This document shows positions 18,363-28,574 of a stretch of 64,000 nt of DNA, piece after piece. The DNA is from Candidatus Ozemobacteraceae bacterium (GTDB lineage: Bacteria > Muiribacteriota > Ozemobacteria > Ozemobacterales > Ozemobacteraceae): contig OZ223236.1 in the NCBI GenBank assembly GCA_965140445.1, positions 4,000,001 through 4,064,000 of the forward strand. The letters run 5' to 3'. The position numbers and the translations under genes are program-made. The notes under the pieces were generated by a model. The model ran no database searches. It was given only the letters and a program-made list of their open reading frames with translations, and was not told the origin of the DNA. The stretch's first letter is position 1. Every line of letters begins with the position of its first letter.

Positions 18363-20198
18363 TTGAAAACAATTCTTATTTTTTCTATTTTGCAAAAACA
18401 AATGTTTCTAGTTTTTTTTAGACCGACCTCCGGTCTGCTTGGTTCTTATTTGATTGCAAACCTTTTGATTGCTTTTTTGTTAATATTATTTTTGAAAAAA
18501 ACAAAAAATGAAGCTTCAAGCCTGTGTTTTCTAGGTATCTTAAATGCATTATTTTTTTTGGTATCTTTCGGCACAGAAACGTATGATAGAATTTTTCAAC
18601 AGACTTTAAATTTTCACCTATTGAAGATTTTGGATCACTTGGGCGATGCAAATTCAAGTCTTGCTGAGTTGATTGGAAAAAGAGACATTCTCTACTTTCC
18701 TTTTGACTTTGCAATATTAGTAGCCCTCCCATTTAGAAAACTTAGATTCATCCTTTCTACTATAGACAAGTGTGTTTTTTCTATTGATTCAAATAAAATT
18801 AAAGCTATAATAGTAGCTTTAATGGTCTTTTGGATTCCTCTTACCTCGCCCGGCAACAGCATTATTGAACCGTTTGGTAGAACTGGATGGAAAGGAATAC
18901 TGACCTTTTCACCAGTTTTTTATTATTCGCTTGAAGCTTTAAAGTGTATAAACAAAGAGTATTTTTATCCCCCGCCAAGCGATGCTCTAAAATCAGAAAT
19001 AATAAAATCGCTTAGAATCTATAAATCTCCTCCTCTTAAGCCTCCCTATAAATTAAATATAGAAAAACCAAATTTCATTGTCATTGAATGCGAATCCTAC
19101 ATGTCATGGGCAATGAATGCTAAGTTTAATGGAAAGGAAGTTACTCCTTTTTTCAATAGCTTGGCAAGTCAGTCCTTATTTATTCCTAATTTTTATTCCC
19201 AGAGCCTCCAGTCATCAGATTCTACATTCTCGTTTATGACCTCTCTCTACCCTCATGAAAACTATTACGCGCATGTGGAATATTTTACTAATGAATTTCA
19301 AAGCTTTCCAAAAGTTTTAAAAAGAAATGGTTACAAGACTTACTATTCAGAAGCTACGCGAGCAACTTTTTTTAACAATCTCGCCATGAATAGATCATTC
19401 GGCTTTGATAAAGCAACCTATTTAGCACAATTTAAGCAGGTTGATAAATTAGGTTGGGGATTATCTGACAAATCCTTCTTTTCACAAGTTTTACCTATTA
19501 TTGCAACATTACCTCAGCCATTTTATGCTCATCTGCACACAGTGTCTACTCACCACCCTTTCACCTATTCTGCCGTCCCCAGTTATTTTAAGTTAGAGGA
19601 TTTGCCGTGGAAAGATGAAAGAACGCTAGGCTATTTAAATTGTCTACATTACTCTGACGAAGCCCTAAGGATTTTTTTTGAAAATATAAAGAACTCAGAA
19701 TTTTATTCAAATTGTGTTTTTCTTTTGTTTGGAGATCACGGTTTCAGACTTGATCCAATCTTCACACCTGTAGAAGAAAACTACGTTAAGTATCCTATGA
19801 ATAGAAATATTGCAACAATACTACTTGCCAACACACCATGTATAATTTTTATTCCCGAAGTTACGAATGGAGAGATTAATTCTAAATATTGTGGACAAAT
19901 AGACTTAAGCCCTACTCTACTTAATATAGCCTCAATTTCTTCCCCATTAGAATTCTTAGGAAAAAGTATTTTTGAAAAAGCACAAGGACAATCAATTAAT
20001 AAACTTTATACGGGAATTTCAAAAAACAATATCTTTTTAGGCAAAAATGAAAGAATGGATGATTTTAGCTTAATAATAGATAGATTTCAGGGAACACCTC
20101 ACACCAATTTCAATACAAAAGAGTGTTTTAAGAAGCTTGAGTTAAGTAAAAAAATGCTGGAAAACAATCTCTGTACGGTTGAAAAACTTGGTTTATAA
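18363..20198 (+). CDS. LTA synthase (LtaS)-like membrane sulfatase/phosphotransferase
   Basis: N-terminal TM segments, PNFIVIECES, TPFFN, HHPF, GDH, QIDLSPT. Confidence 0.85.
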   Translation: MKTILIFSILQKQMFLVFFRPTSGLLGSYLIANLLIAFLLILFLKKTKNEASSLCFLGILNALFFLVSFGTETYDRIFQQTLNFHLLKILDHLGDANSSLAELIGKRDILYFPFDFAILVALPFRKLRFILSTIDKCVFSIDSNKIKAIIVALMVFWIPLTSPGNSIIEPFGRTGWKGILTFSPVFYYSLEALKCINKEYFYPPPSDALKSEIIKSLRIYKSPPLKPPYKLNIEKPNFIVIECESYMSWAMNAKFNGKEVTPFFNSLASQSLFIPNFYSQSLQSSDSTFSFMTSLYPHENYYAHVEYFTNEFQSFPKVLKRNGYKTYYSEATRATFFNNLAMNRSFGFDKATYLAQFKQVDKLGWGLSDKSFFSQVLPIIATLPQPFYAHLHTVSTHHPFTYSAVPSYFKLEDLPWKDERTLGYLNCLHYSDEALRIFFENIKNSEFYSNCVFLLFGDHGFRLDPIFTPVEENYVKYPMNRNIATILLANTPCIIFIPEVTNGEINSKYCGQIDLSPTLLNIASISSPLEFLGKSIFEKAQGQSINKLYTGISKNNIFLGKNERMDDFSLIIDRFQGTPHTNFNTKECFKKLELSKKMLENNLCTVEKLGL

Positions 20199-20284
20199 AA
20201 TATACTTTATAAGTGTTCATTATGAAATTAGAAAATGTTGATGAATATAATGAATTTTTTATTTCGTTTAATAGGTAAGTCTAA

Positions 20285-22135
20285 ATGAGTTTGTTTTTTT
20301 TGTTTGCAATTTTTTTGAAACTTTTATTCCCTGTATTTCAAGCTAATGAAGGGGCCTTTGATGCAACTTACATTGTCGGATGTTTTTCTTCCACATTAAT
20401 TGTTACTTTAATCGCTTCCTATATAAAAAAACCGAAATTGCGGAAAACATTCTTGTTTTCAGTAAATATTGTGTTAACTTTCTTAATTTTTTCAACTTTA
20501 ATATATCTAAGAGTTTTTACAGATGCGCTTTCCTTTGAAATGCTTTTTATTATTGACCACCTTTTTGATGTTAGGGGAAGTGCAACGGCTTTGATCGGAA
20601 AAAGAGATGCTTTTTTTTTGTTACTAGACATTCCTTTGGCTATTTTACTTTTCTGGGCACCCTCCAAAAAAAGTTTTGTTTTGAAATTTGATTTAGAAAC
20701 TATAAAACGAAACAAAATCGCCAAAACTCTATTTATTTCTTTTAGTCTATGGTTGTTGCTGATACCTCTAAAAGGAGATACCTATGCAGACTTTTTTTCA
20801 AAGCAGGGATGGAGCGGAATAAAAAGAGTAAACCCTTTAAACTACTATATAGCTGAATTGTTTACAGGGTTAAAACGTCTTATTTATACAAAAGTTTTAA
20901 CTCATGAAGAAAAACAAGAAATTCTTACTTTTGTTTTAAACAAAGCAAAAGATCGTGAATCGAAACCACGTGAATTTCTATTCCCAAAACTTGAAAATCC
21001 CAATATTATTTTTATCCAGGTAGAATCTTTGATGGCGTGGGCAATGATAGAAAAAATAAAAAATGAACCAATAACCCCTTTTTTAAATTCTCTGGCAAGT
21101 AGATCTATATTTATAGAGAATTTTTACTCAAATTCATTGCATACATGTAATTCGGATTTCTCAACACTAACAAGCTTAAAACCTCTCCAACAAACAAAAG
21201 CTCATATAGATTTTTATTTAAATGATTTTGTTTCTCTACCAAAAGCCCTTAAGTCATTGGGATATTATTCTTTTTACGCTAATCCATGCCGCCAACACTT
21301 TTGGAATGTAAGAGGTATGAATAGGTCTTTAGGATTTGACAAGGGTATATATCTCGACCAACTTGAAGCTAAAGAAATTCTAGGGTTTGGTCTTTGTGAA
21401 AAAGAATTTTTCGGTCAAATTCTTCCACACTTAAGTAATCTACCAAAGCCATTTATGGCATATCTTCTAACAATTTCTTCTCACCATCCATTTCTTTTCG
21501 ACAATACACCAATCTTTTTCCCGCCTGAATCAATTCCTTGGGAAGATAAATTCACGAGGGGGTACGTTCAATTAATAAAGTATACCGATAAACAGATTGA
21601 AAACTTTTTTTATGAGCTTGATCGAAATAATCTATTAGAAAATACTGTTGTCATAATTTTTGGAGACCACCCAATTAGACTTGCCCCCTTCTGGGATCCA
21701 TTAGTGGAAAAATTAAAAGGACTCCCAGACTACCAGGAAGCAGCCCAAGTAATTTATTCAAAAGTTCCTTGCATCATATATTCAAAAAAGTTTTCACCAA
21801 AAATTGTAAAAAAATACTCTAGTCAGATTGACTTGGCTCCAACAGTGTTGGAAATTTGTGGCATCAAACTGCCTCCAGAGTTTTTGGGCGAACCTGTTAA
21901 TTTCTCGGGCCCCGGGGAGGTAGTACATAAATCATTTTCCCTCATTTCAGAAAACAATGTCTCTTGGGGAAAAGGAAAAAATGATTTTTTATACAATTTA
22001 AATTTACAAACAGGTACAGAACAAACAAGCAAATTTCAAAATTCTTTTAAACTAGCTGTTACATCAGAGAAAATGGTTTATAATAATCTATGTAGACTAA
22101 AATTTTTGGAAAATAAACAAGCAATTGGACAATGA
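20285..22135 (+). CDS. LTA synthase (LtaS)-like membrane sulfatase/phosphotransferase, second paralog
   Basis: PNIIFIQVES, TPFLN, HHPF, GDH, QIDLAPT. Confidence 0.85.
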   Translation: MSLFFLFAIFLKLLFPVFQANEGAFDATYIVGCFSSTLIVTLIASYIKKPKLRKTFLFSVNIVLTFLIFSTLIYLRVFTDALSFEMLFIIDHLFDVRGSATALIGKRDAFFLLLDIPLAILLFWAPSKKSFVLKFDLETIKRNKIAKTLFISFSLWLLLIPLKGDTYADFFSKQGWSGIKRVNPLNYYIAELFTGLKRLIYTKVLTHEEKQEILTFVLNKAKDRESKPREFLFPKLENPNIIFIQVESLMAWAMIEKIKNEPITPFLNSLASRSIFIENFYSNSLHTCNSDFSTLTSLKPLQQTKAHIDFYLNDFVSLPKALKSLGYYSFYANPCRQHFWNVRGMNRSLGFDKGIYLDQLEAKEILGFGLCEKEFFGQILPHLSNLPKPFMAYLLTISSHHPFLFDNTPIFFPPESIPWEDKFTRGYVQLIKYTDKQIENFFYELDRNNLLENTVVIIFGDHPIRLAPFWDPLVEKLKGLPDYQEAAQVIYSKVPCIIYSKKFSPKIVKKYSSQIDLAPTVLEICGIKLPPEFLGEPVNFSGPGEVVHKSFSLISENNVSWGKGKNDFLYNLNLQTGTEQTSKFQNSFKLAVTSEKMVYNNLCRLKFLENKQAIGQ

Positions 22136-22150
22136 AAAAAACAATTTGTT

Positions 22151-23647
22151 TTATTTGCTGTTTTCAGTAGTTTTTTTGGGTCTGTAGACCGCAAAATTGT
22201 ACCCTTGGGATGTATTAGCAATTTTAAGTCCAAACAATTTTGGCACACATTTGCTAAAATAATTTTCGGTGAGTACAAAACCTGGAATTTCAGGTGGTGT
22301 TAATCTATCTGGGTGGGGTATATTGATTTGCTGAATTACTAAAGTTGCAGACGAAACAAGAGGTTGTAGTTTCCAAATTCTAATTTTTTCATAATCTTCC
22401 GTTAAGGTGAAAAGTCCAGAGGACAAACAAATAACCCCTTTTTCATCTTTCAGGATATTTTGAAACTTGAGATACGCATCGTGATAGGACATCCCGTTTT
22501 TAAGAAAATACGGGAATAAGATTGCATTTCTTATAAATCCCGCACCACATAAACCAAACACCACAATAAGTGTGAAATACCAAATTCGTTTTTTGTTTAG
22601 AGAGACTAAAGTATTATACTCTTTATATGTCCACAAAAGAGTTAACACTGCGAGTGGCGTAAAAACCAATAAATTGAAATTCCTTGGGATGTCCAATAAA
22701 AAGGTCTTCAATGCCAACCCAAACAATGAAAAACATGAAAGAAAAAACAAAAAAGGGGACTTGCCTCTAATTTTGCCAGATAGCAATAATATGGAGATTG
22801 CAATTACTACACCAACCCAAGGAAGACCTAAGAATGTAGATTGCGGACAAAAAAAGTAATAGTAAAAAAAGGTTTTAAAGGAAATCCTATTCAATGAAAC
22901 AGCAAATTTACTTGCACGAATCATCCCTGAAAACCAATCTGCCATAGGATATGGATAAACAGAAAAACAAAGAAGAAATGAAGAAAAAGAAATAATGAGT
23001 ATAAAAAAGTAACTTCTAAGGGAGTTAAAAAAAGTGCAGTTTAAACTAATCCAAATAAAAAGAATTGCGCCTGAAAGAACACCGGCCAATGGGTTTGAGG
23101 CAACAAGCAATCCAACCAAAACAGCAGCAACAATCCCACCTTTTTGTCTCATCCTTTGGCAAACTAAAGTCCCTGACAAAATCAAAATCATTGAAAAAGG
23201 TTCTGGTCGAGCCCCAATACCTGACAAAAAGGTTGCTACAGGCAATAAACCAAAACCTACTAAAATCGATTCAGAAACTGAATTTTTCCTGTCAGTTTTT
23301 TTAAAAATATTTTGGAACAAAACATAGGCGAGAACCAAACATATGCAAGTCTCTAACGACAAAGCCAATCTTAAATGCGAATACGTTGGCTTTAAGCACA
23401 AAAAGCTTCTAGCTATGTGATTAAAAAAACCGTGATAAACCCATTTTCCAGAAGGATCTCGAACTTCCTTTGGAAAACTATCAAACAAACTAATCAAACC
23501 ATTTCCCAGCTTATACTGCAAAGCTATCGGAAAATAAACTATTGAATCTCCATCTAAAACAGGATATGAGTAATAACCAGCAAATAAGTTAAAAAGAATT
23601 AAAATAGAGATAAAAAATAAAACGATCTTAGCTGATACACTTCTCAT
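22151..23647 (-). CDS. Polytopic membrane protein, possible GT-C-fold glycosyltransferase
   Basis: First loop DGDSIVY, ARPEP motif, more than 10 TM segments, C-terminal soluble domain. Confidence 0.55.
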   Translation of the reverse strand: MRSVSAKIVLFFISILILFNLFAGYYSYPVLDGDSIVYFPIALQYKLGNGLISLFDSFPKEVRDPSGKWVYHGFFNHIARSFLCLKPTYSHLRLALSLETCICLVLAYVLFQNIFKKTDRKNSVSESILVGFGLLPVATFLSGIGARPEPFSMILILSGTLVCQRMRQKGGIVAAVLVGLLVASNPLAGVLSGAILFIWISLNCTFFNSLRSYFFILIISFSSFLLCFSVYPYPMADWFSGMIRASKFAVSLNRISFKTFFYYYFFCPQSTFLGLPWVGVVIAISILLLSGKIRGKSPFLFFLSCFSLFGLALKTFLLDIPRNFNLLVFTPLAVLTLLWTYKEYNTLVSLNKKRIWYFTLIVVFGLCGAGFIRNAILFPYFLKNGMSYHDAYLKFQNILKDEKGVICLSSGLFTLTEDYEKIRIWKLQPLVSSATLVIQQINIPHPDRLTPPEIPGFVLTENYFSKCVPKLFGLKIANTSQGYNFAVYRPKKTTENSK

Positions 23648-23652
23648 GAAAA

Positions 23653-24432
23653 TTACAACCTTTTTCTAAAAACAAATTTTGCAACTAAATTTAAGTCAAT
23701 ACTTGGAATTCTAATTGGCCAAAAAGATTGCTCGACTTTTTCAAAAAATATATCTAGATTCTCCAATATTTCATCGCTGAAATTTGGATGTTCCCAACAA
23801 ACAACCTTGTTTGGGTTAATCTTAGTATTTTTTAACAAACGCTTCCGACTGGTCAGATAACGCCCTAATCCCCAGGCTATCCCTCCCTCACATGGAATAG
23901 CTCCAACAATTATACCGCCTGGCTTTAGAACCCTTAAAATCTCTTTTAGATATTGATCAAGTGGATAAAGGTGCTCTAAAGTAAAAAACGTAAAAAAAAC
24001 ATCGAATTCACAATCATAAAAAGGTAGTGTCTTTTCTCCATGATTTAGCAAAATAGTTTCACAAGGCAAAGATGGCACTTTCCTTCCTAGCGTATCTCTT
24101 GTTTTACTTAGCATTTCCTGACTGATATCTGCGACGGTTAGATGAGCAGGCACACCATTCCAGTGATTTGTATGTAATAAGTCCCCACCGCCGATTTCCA
24201 AAATCCTCTTACCACATAAATCAACGTTTAGAATTGAACTGTAACCAACATCGCTAACCAATCTGCCGACAGATTGCCGCTGAGTATATTCATAGTGTTC
24301 GGCATAATAATCTTGCCAAAGTTTCCAATCAATATCTTCAGAAACGGGTTCAAATCCATATTTTGCCCTATCCCCAAAAAGCGCAACAAAAATTGCTTTC
24401 GGCAAAAACTTTCTCAGGTAAAAATGAATCAC
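23653..24432 (-). CDS. Class I SAM-dependent methyltransferase
   Basis: ILEIGGG, LPF...FD, LEH, RVLKPGG. Confidence 0.88.
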   Translation of the reverse strand: MIHFYLRKFLPKAIFVALFGDRAKYGFEPVSEDIDWKLWQDYYAEHYEYTQRQSVGRLVSDVGYSSILNVDLCGKRILEIGGGDLLHTNHWNGVPAHLTVADISQEMLSKTRDTLGRKVPSLPCETILLNHGEKTLPFYDCEFDVFFTFFTLEHLYPLDQYLKEILRVLKPGGIIVGAIPCEGGIAWGLGRYLTSRKRLLKNTKINPNKVVCWEHPNFSDEILENLDIFFEKVEQSFWPIRIPSIDLNLVAKFVFRKRL

Positions 24433-24463
24433 ACTAAAATTCCTTATTCTATTTTTTCAATTA

Positions 24464-25909
24464 CTATTTTTTTACTGAATAAAAAGAATCTACAAGTATA
24501 TTTTTGGCCATTCCCAATTTACTTTTTAATTCTTTGATGGATCTGATACCATAAAGTTCCTTTAGCATTCTTGAAGGTCTAAAATAAAACCTCCTCAAGG
24601 CTTGATCCTTTAAACCTAGAAGCTTAGCTCTATCCATATGCTGTTCGATCAAAAAAGGAATCTCAAAATCTGGAGTAGGATTTATAGCAAATTTTTTCCA
24701 AAAGTCAAAAGGAATGAGATTCCTTTTTAACGCCTCTTCGTATAGATCCGTTCCTGGATATGGTATTAGAACAGCAAAAACAGCATAATCTGAATTTATC
24801 TTAGTGGCAAAATGCATTGTTTTCAAGGCATCTTCATATGTTTCATCAAGAAAACCAAACATAAAGTAAGTTAAAGTGATAAATCCAGCTTCTCGAGCCA
24901 ACTTCATTGCATTCTCTACCTCAGACAATGTAATAGCTTTCTTAGAAGCTTCCAGCACTCGTGGAGAACCGCTTTCCACACCAAAATGAATTCGATAGCA
25001 TCCAGCTCTCTTCATCAGTTTATACATTGCTTGATCAGCTCTGTTGACTCTATCCCGCACAGCCCATCTAAGATCTAATTTATTGTCTAAAATGCCTTCA
25101 CAAATTTCCTTGACCCTTTTATGTGACCAAGTAAAAGTATCATCATAAACCTGAATTTCACTGATACCAAGGTTTGCAATCTCGCAAAATTCGCTAACCA
25201 CTTGTTCAGGTGAACGCGCATAAACCTCCTGTCTATGCATTTTGCAAAAAACACAGCGATGAGGACAACCCCGGGAAGTAATCATAGTTGTTTCGTATTC
25301 ATTCGGATTCAATAAAGAATTGTATTTCCGATAAGGCAAAAGAGTCCTGTCTGGATTCGGAATTTTACTTAAATCGCGAATAGTGGCAATGGGTTTATCA
25401 GGGGCAATTATTGAACCGTTTTCTTTCTTCCATAAACCATCAATTCCTTCAAGAGGCTCATTAAATGCTATTTTATTCGTTACTGCCAAAAGAGCTTCTT
25501 CTCCATCACCAGAAATTAGGTAATCAGCTTTGGAGCTTAATAGAGTTTCCTCAGGATAAATTATGCAATGAGGTCCGCCAAGCACAATTTTACATTTTGG
25601 TAGCTTTTCTTTTAAAAGACTTATAGTTTTATAGGCTGGATACCAAAAATCTGTCCATACCGTTAGGCCAACAAGGTCTGGAGACTCTTTCACAATAAAA
25701 TCTACAGATTGCTCTGGTGAAAGATTTTCAAGCTGAGCATCGAAGCACGAAGTATTCTTGAAACCATTTTTTATCAAAAAAGTTGCTAAAATCATTATAC
25801 CTAAGGGCGGTTTTGCACCAAGTCCTTCATCTTTATGGAATGTAAAAAGAGATTGAACCTCTTGCTGCTTAGATGGCTGCATTAGCAATATTTTTAAATC
25901 TTTATTCAT
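24464..25909 (-). CDS. Cobalamin-binding (class B) radical SAM enzyme
   Basis: PPLG, GGPH, GDGEE (B12 domain); TSRGCPHRCVFC; DDTF; GVESG; PYPGT. Confidence 0.92.
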   Translation of the reverse strand: MNKDLKILLMQPSKQQEVQSLFTFHKDEGLGAKPPLGIMILATFLIKNGFKNTSCFDAQLENLSPEQSVDFIVKESPDLVGLTVWTDFWYPAYKTISLLKEKLPKCKIVLGGPHCIIYPEETLLSSKADYLISGDGEEALLAVTNKIAFNEPLEGIDGLWKKENGSIIAPDKPIATIRDLSKIPNPDRTLLPYRKYNSLLNPNEYETTMITSRGCPHRCVFCKMHRQEVYARSPEQVVSEFCEIANLGISEIQVYDDTFTWSHKRVKEICEGILDNKLDLRWAVRDRVNRADQAMYKLMKRAGCYRIHFGVESGSPRVLEASKKAITLSEVENAMKLAREAGFITLTYFMFGFLDETYEDALKTMHFATKINSDYAVFAVLIPYPGTDLYEEALKRNLIPFDFWKKFAINPTPDFEIPFLIEQHMDRAKLLGLKDQALRRFYFRPSRMLKELYGIRSIKELKSKLGMAKNILVDSFYSVKK

Positions 25910-27803
25910 AGGAAAATCCTTGTTTTAAAATGTATCTATCATACCAAAGCTGGAAACTTAACAAAGCCCAAAGATTTCTTCCATGATCAGCAATATTGGT
26001 CTTGTGCTCAACTAACATTCTATCAATTGTATCAAAATTAAAAACCCCTATATTTTCAACTCTATCTCTGCAAAACTGTTTCGTTAAAATTTCAAAAAAT
26101 AACCCCTTTGTCCATGCAGAAGAGGGTGGTCCAAATCCCTTTTTTGGCTTTGACAGTATTCTGCTTGGCAAATGAGTAGCCATAACATCCTTTAACATAG
26201 ATTTTAATTTCCCATGCCTCATTTTAATTTTTGCTGGTAGATCATTTACAAAATCGAGTAAAAAAATGTTTAACAATGGCACTCTTGCTTCCAAAGAAGC
26301 CGCCATTGTTATGCGATCCGCCTGGAAAAGTCCATTTCCCTCAAGGAAAAATTTTGAGTCCAAGTTAAGAATTCTAGAAATAGTATCTTTCTCTTTAATT
26401 TCTGGCAAATAATTTCGAACAGGAGTCAAAGCATTTTCGGTGATTTCTTCATAGATAGACTTTGAAAAGAGGGATTTCTTTTGCTGCTCCTCAAAATAAC
26501 CCATCCATTCAAAATGCTGTAAATCAGAATTTACTTCAATCCCCTTGACAAATCGTTTAGCCTTAAAGTCAAAGCTCATGTACCCCTCCCCAACTGGGAG
26601 CCTGTTAACAATTTCTGGAATTAGTTTGTTGGTTAAAAAGTTTGGCAAACAACGATAAAGTCTACTAATTAAGTGAGCCTGATATGTCGGGTAACCAGCA
26701 AAAACCTCATCGCCTCCCCACCCAGTTAATACCACTTTAACAAAATTTCTAGCATATTTAGACAAAATCAATAGCGGCAATACAGTAGAATCACCAAAAG
26801 GTTCGTCCATTATTTCAGTCAATTCCAAAAAGGCTTCTTTTAACATTTTTTCGTTCAATAAGCATTCATGATGGCTTAATCCAAGATGCTCTGCGACCAA
26901 TTTTGCATCCTCAGACTCATCGTGAGTTTTTTCCTCGAAGCCAATTGAAAAGGAATGAGTTAAATCATTGGAACACTGTTTTGCAAAATAAGCAACAGCA
27001 GAAGAATCAATCCCCCCGCTTAGAAAAATCCCAACGGGAACATCACTTAATAATTCTGCATTTATGGCCTTGTGAAGTAAATCCTCTAATTGATCGCACG
27101 CATCGACATACGAAACATTGTTTTTTCTACCGTATCTTGGATACCAAAACTTTGAAGTCTTGTATTGCTTATCAGAAATCTGGCCATAACTTCCTTGGGG
27201 AAATTTTTTAATACCCAAAAAAGGAGAGTCTGGAGTAGGACAATACCCAAAAGAAAAAAAACGCGAAATTGAATTCCAGTTTGGCCTGACTTCCCCCTTC
27301 AACAGAGGTAAAAGTGCTTTGGATTCAGAGGAAAATGCCAACCCATTTTTCATATCTGTAATGTAAAGTGGTTTGATTCCCAATCGATCTCTGGCAAGAA
27401 AAAGCCTTCGTTCAACTTTATTCCAAATCGCAAATGCAAACATTCCATTTAACTTTATCAAACAATCTGCACCATACTCTTCAAATGCATGCAGAACAGT
27501 CTCCGTATCTGAAAAAGTTTTAAATGAATGCCCTTTAGCCTTTAACTCTTTTCTAATGTCTAAATGGTTGTAGATTTCTCCATTAAAGACAATTATCAAA
27601 TTTCCATTTTCGTTAAAAATAGGCTGATTTCCAGCACTAATATCAATAATTGCTAATCTATTATTACCCATAGCAATATGATTATCTTCAAAAATCCCTG
27701 TATGATCTGGACCACGATGACTGGTAATGAGACCCATTGATCTAATAAAATTTGAATCAATTATTCCATCGTCAAATCTAACAATTCCAAAAATCCCACA
27801 CAT
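25902..27803 (-). CDS. asnB: Asparagine synthase-like glutamine amidotransferase (second copy)
   Basis: Start corrected to MCGIFG at 27803; HRGPD, NGEIYN, FLSGGIDS, GGDE, LEARVP. Confidence 0.92.
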   Translation of the reverse strand: MCGIFGIVRFDDGIIDSNFIRSMGLITSHRGPDHTGIFEDNHIAMGNNRLAIIDISAGNQPIFNENGNLIIVFNGEIYNHLDIRKELKAKGHSFKTFSDTETVLHAFEEYGADCLIKLNGMFAFAIWNKVERRLFLARDRLGIKPLYITDMKNGLAFSSESKALLPLLKGEVRPNWNSISRFFSFGYCPTPDSPFLGIKKFPQGSYGQISDKQYKTSKFWYPRYGRKNNVSYVDACDQLEDLLHKAINAELLSDVPVGIFLSGGIDSSAVAYFAKQCSNDLTHSFSIGFEEKTHDESEDAKLVAEHLGLSHHECLLNEKMLKEAFLELTEIMDEPFGDSTVLPLLILSKYARNFVKVVLTGWGGDEVFAGYPTYQAHLISRLYRCLPNFLTNKLIPEIVNRLPVGEGYMSFDFKAKRFVKGIEVNSDLQHFEWMGYFEEQQKKSLFSKSIYEEITENALTPVRNYLPEIKEKDTISRILNLDSKFFLEGNGLFQADRITMAASLEARVPLLNIFLLDFVNDLPAKIKMRHGKLKSMLKDVMATHLPSRILSKPKKGFGPPSSAWTKGLFFEILTKQFCRDRVENIGVFNFDTIDRMLVEHKTNIADHGRNLWALLSFQLWYDRYILKQGFSYE

Positions 27804-27808
27804 AAATT

Positions 27809-28573
27809 TTATCCCTTTACTATCACCAGCATCATGTAAGGCCAAAAGTTTTTGGGAGAAAATTTCTCCATAGCCTTTTCCCATATTGAAGCCCAACCAT
27901 AAAAACAAAAACAGAAAAAACGCAACCAATTATCAGGCCAACCACAAAAAAAAGCTAATGAACGAAGCAAAAAGCTACTTTCAAGAAAGCAGATTTTTGT
28001 TTTTCCAAATTTTTTACACAGATTTAAAAGATTTTTTGGAGTAGAATCTTTTAAACCATTTTCGGCTGGAAAACAAAACCGAAAAATGATGTTAAAAGGA
28101 TTATATCCATTTGCTTCGATTACAACCAACTTGCAATTTGGTTTAAGAACTCTAAGTGCTTCACTAATTACTTTTCTTCTTGCCCAATTGACATGATGAA
28201 GAAGATCTCTAATTAAAACAGTATCAAAAGAATTATCCGGAAAAGGTAAAGCAGTAGCATTTGCATTTATGACGATTGACTCTGAAAAAACATTACCAAA
28301 GAATAAAGTCTTTGAAAAAGAAAAATCTACCCCAAAAAATTTAACATCTTTGAGAAAAGGATCCAAAAAAGCAAAATTACTTCCTTCACCGCAGCCAATC
28401 TCTAATACTAGTTTTCCACCTATTGGAATCGCCGAGGAAATCTTATAAGCTAACTTCTGCTCTTTTTTAACAATAAAAGGATTATTTAGTCGGTTAAAAA
28501 ATCTTTTTGAATCTGCATTTGAATTAAAATCAATCTGTTGCTTATATAACTTAGAAATTGCTACAGAAGACAT
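27809..28573 (-). CDS. Class I SAM-dependent methyltransferase
   Basis: VLEIGCGEG, LPFPDNSFD, LHH, RVLKP; start set at ATG 28573. Confidence 0.88.
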   Translation of the reverse strand: MSSVAISKLYKQQIDFNSNADSKRFFNRLNNPFIVKKEQKLAYKISSAIPIGGKLVLEIGCGEGSNFAFLDPFLKDVKFFGVDFSFSKTLFFGNVFSESIVINANATALPFPDNSFDTVLIRDLLHHVNWARRKVISEALRVLKPNCKLVVIEANGYNPFNIIFRFCFPAENGLKDSTPKNLLNLCKKFGKTKICFLESSFLLRSLAFFCGWPDNWLRFFCFCFYGWASIWEKAMEKFSPKNFWPYMMLVIVKG

Positions 28574-28574
28574 T

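Noticed and set aside
9400..22200. Poly-A/T tracts as phase-variation switches
   Set aside because: Such runs are expected in AT-rich DNA and the ORFs are intact.
27804..27929. 42-aa N-terminal extension of the second AsnB in the ORF track
   Set aside because: Ntn amidotransferases need Cys at position 2; the extension overlaps the upstream methyltransferase.
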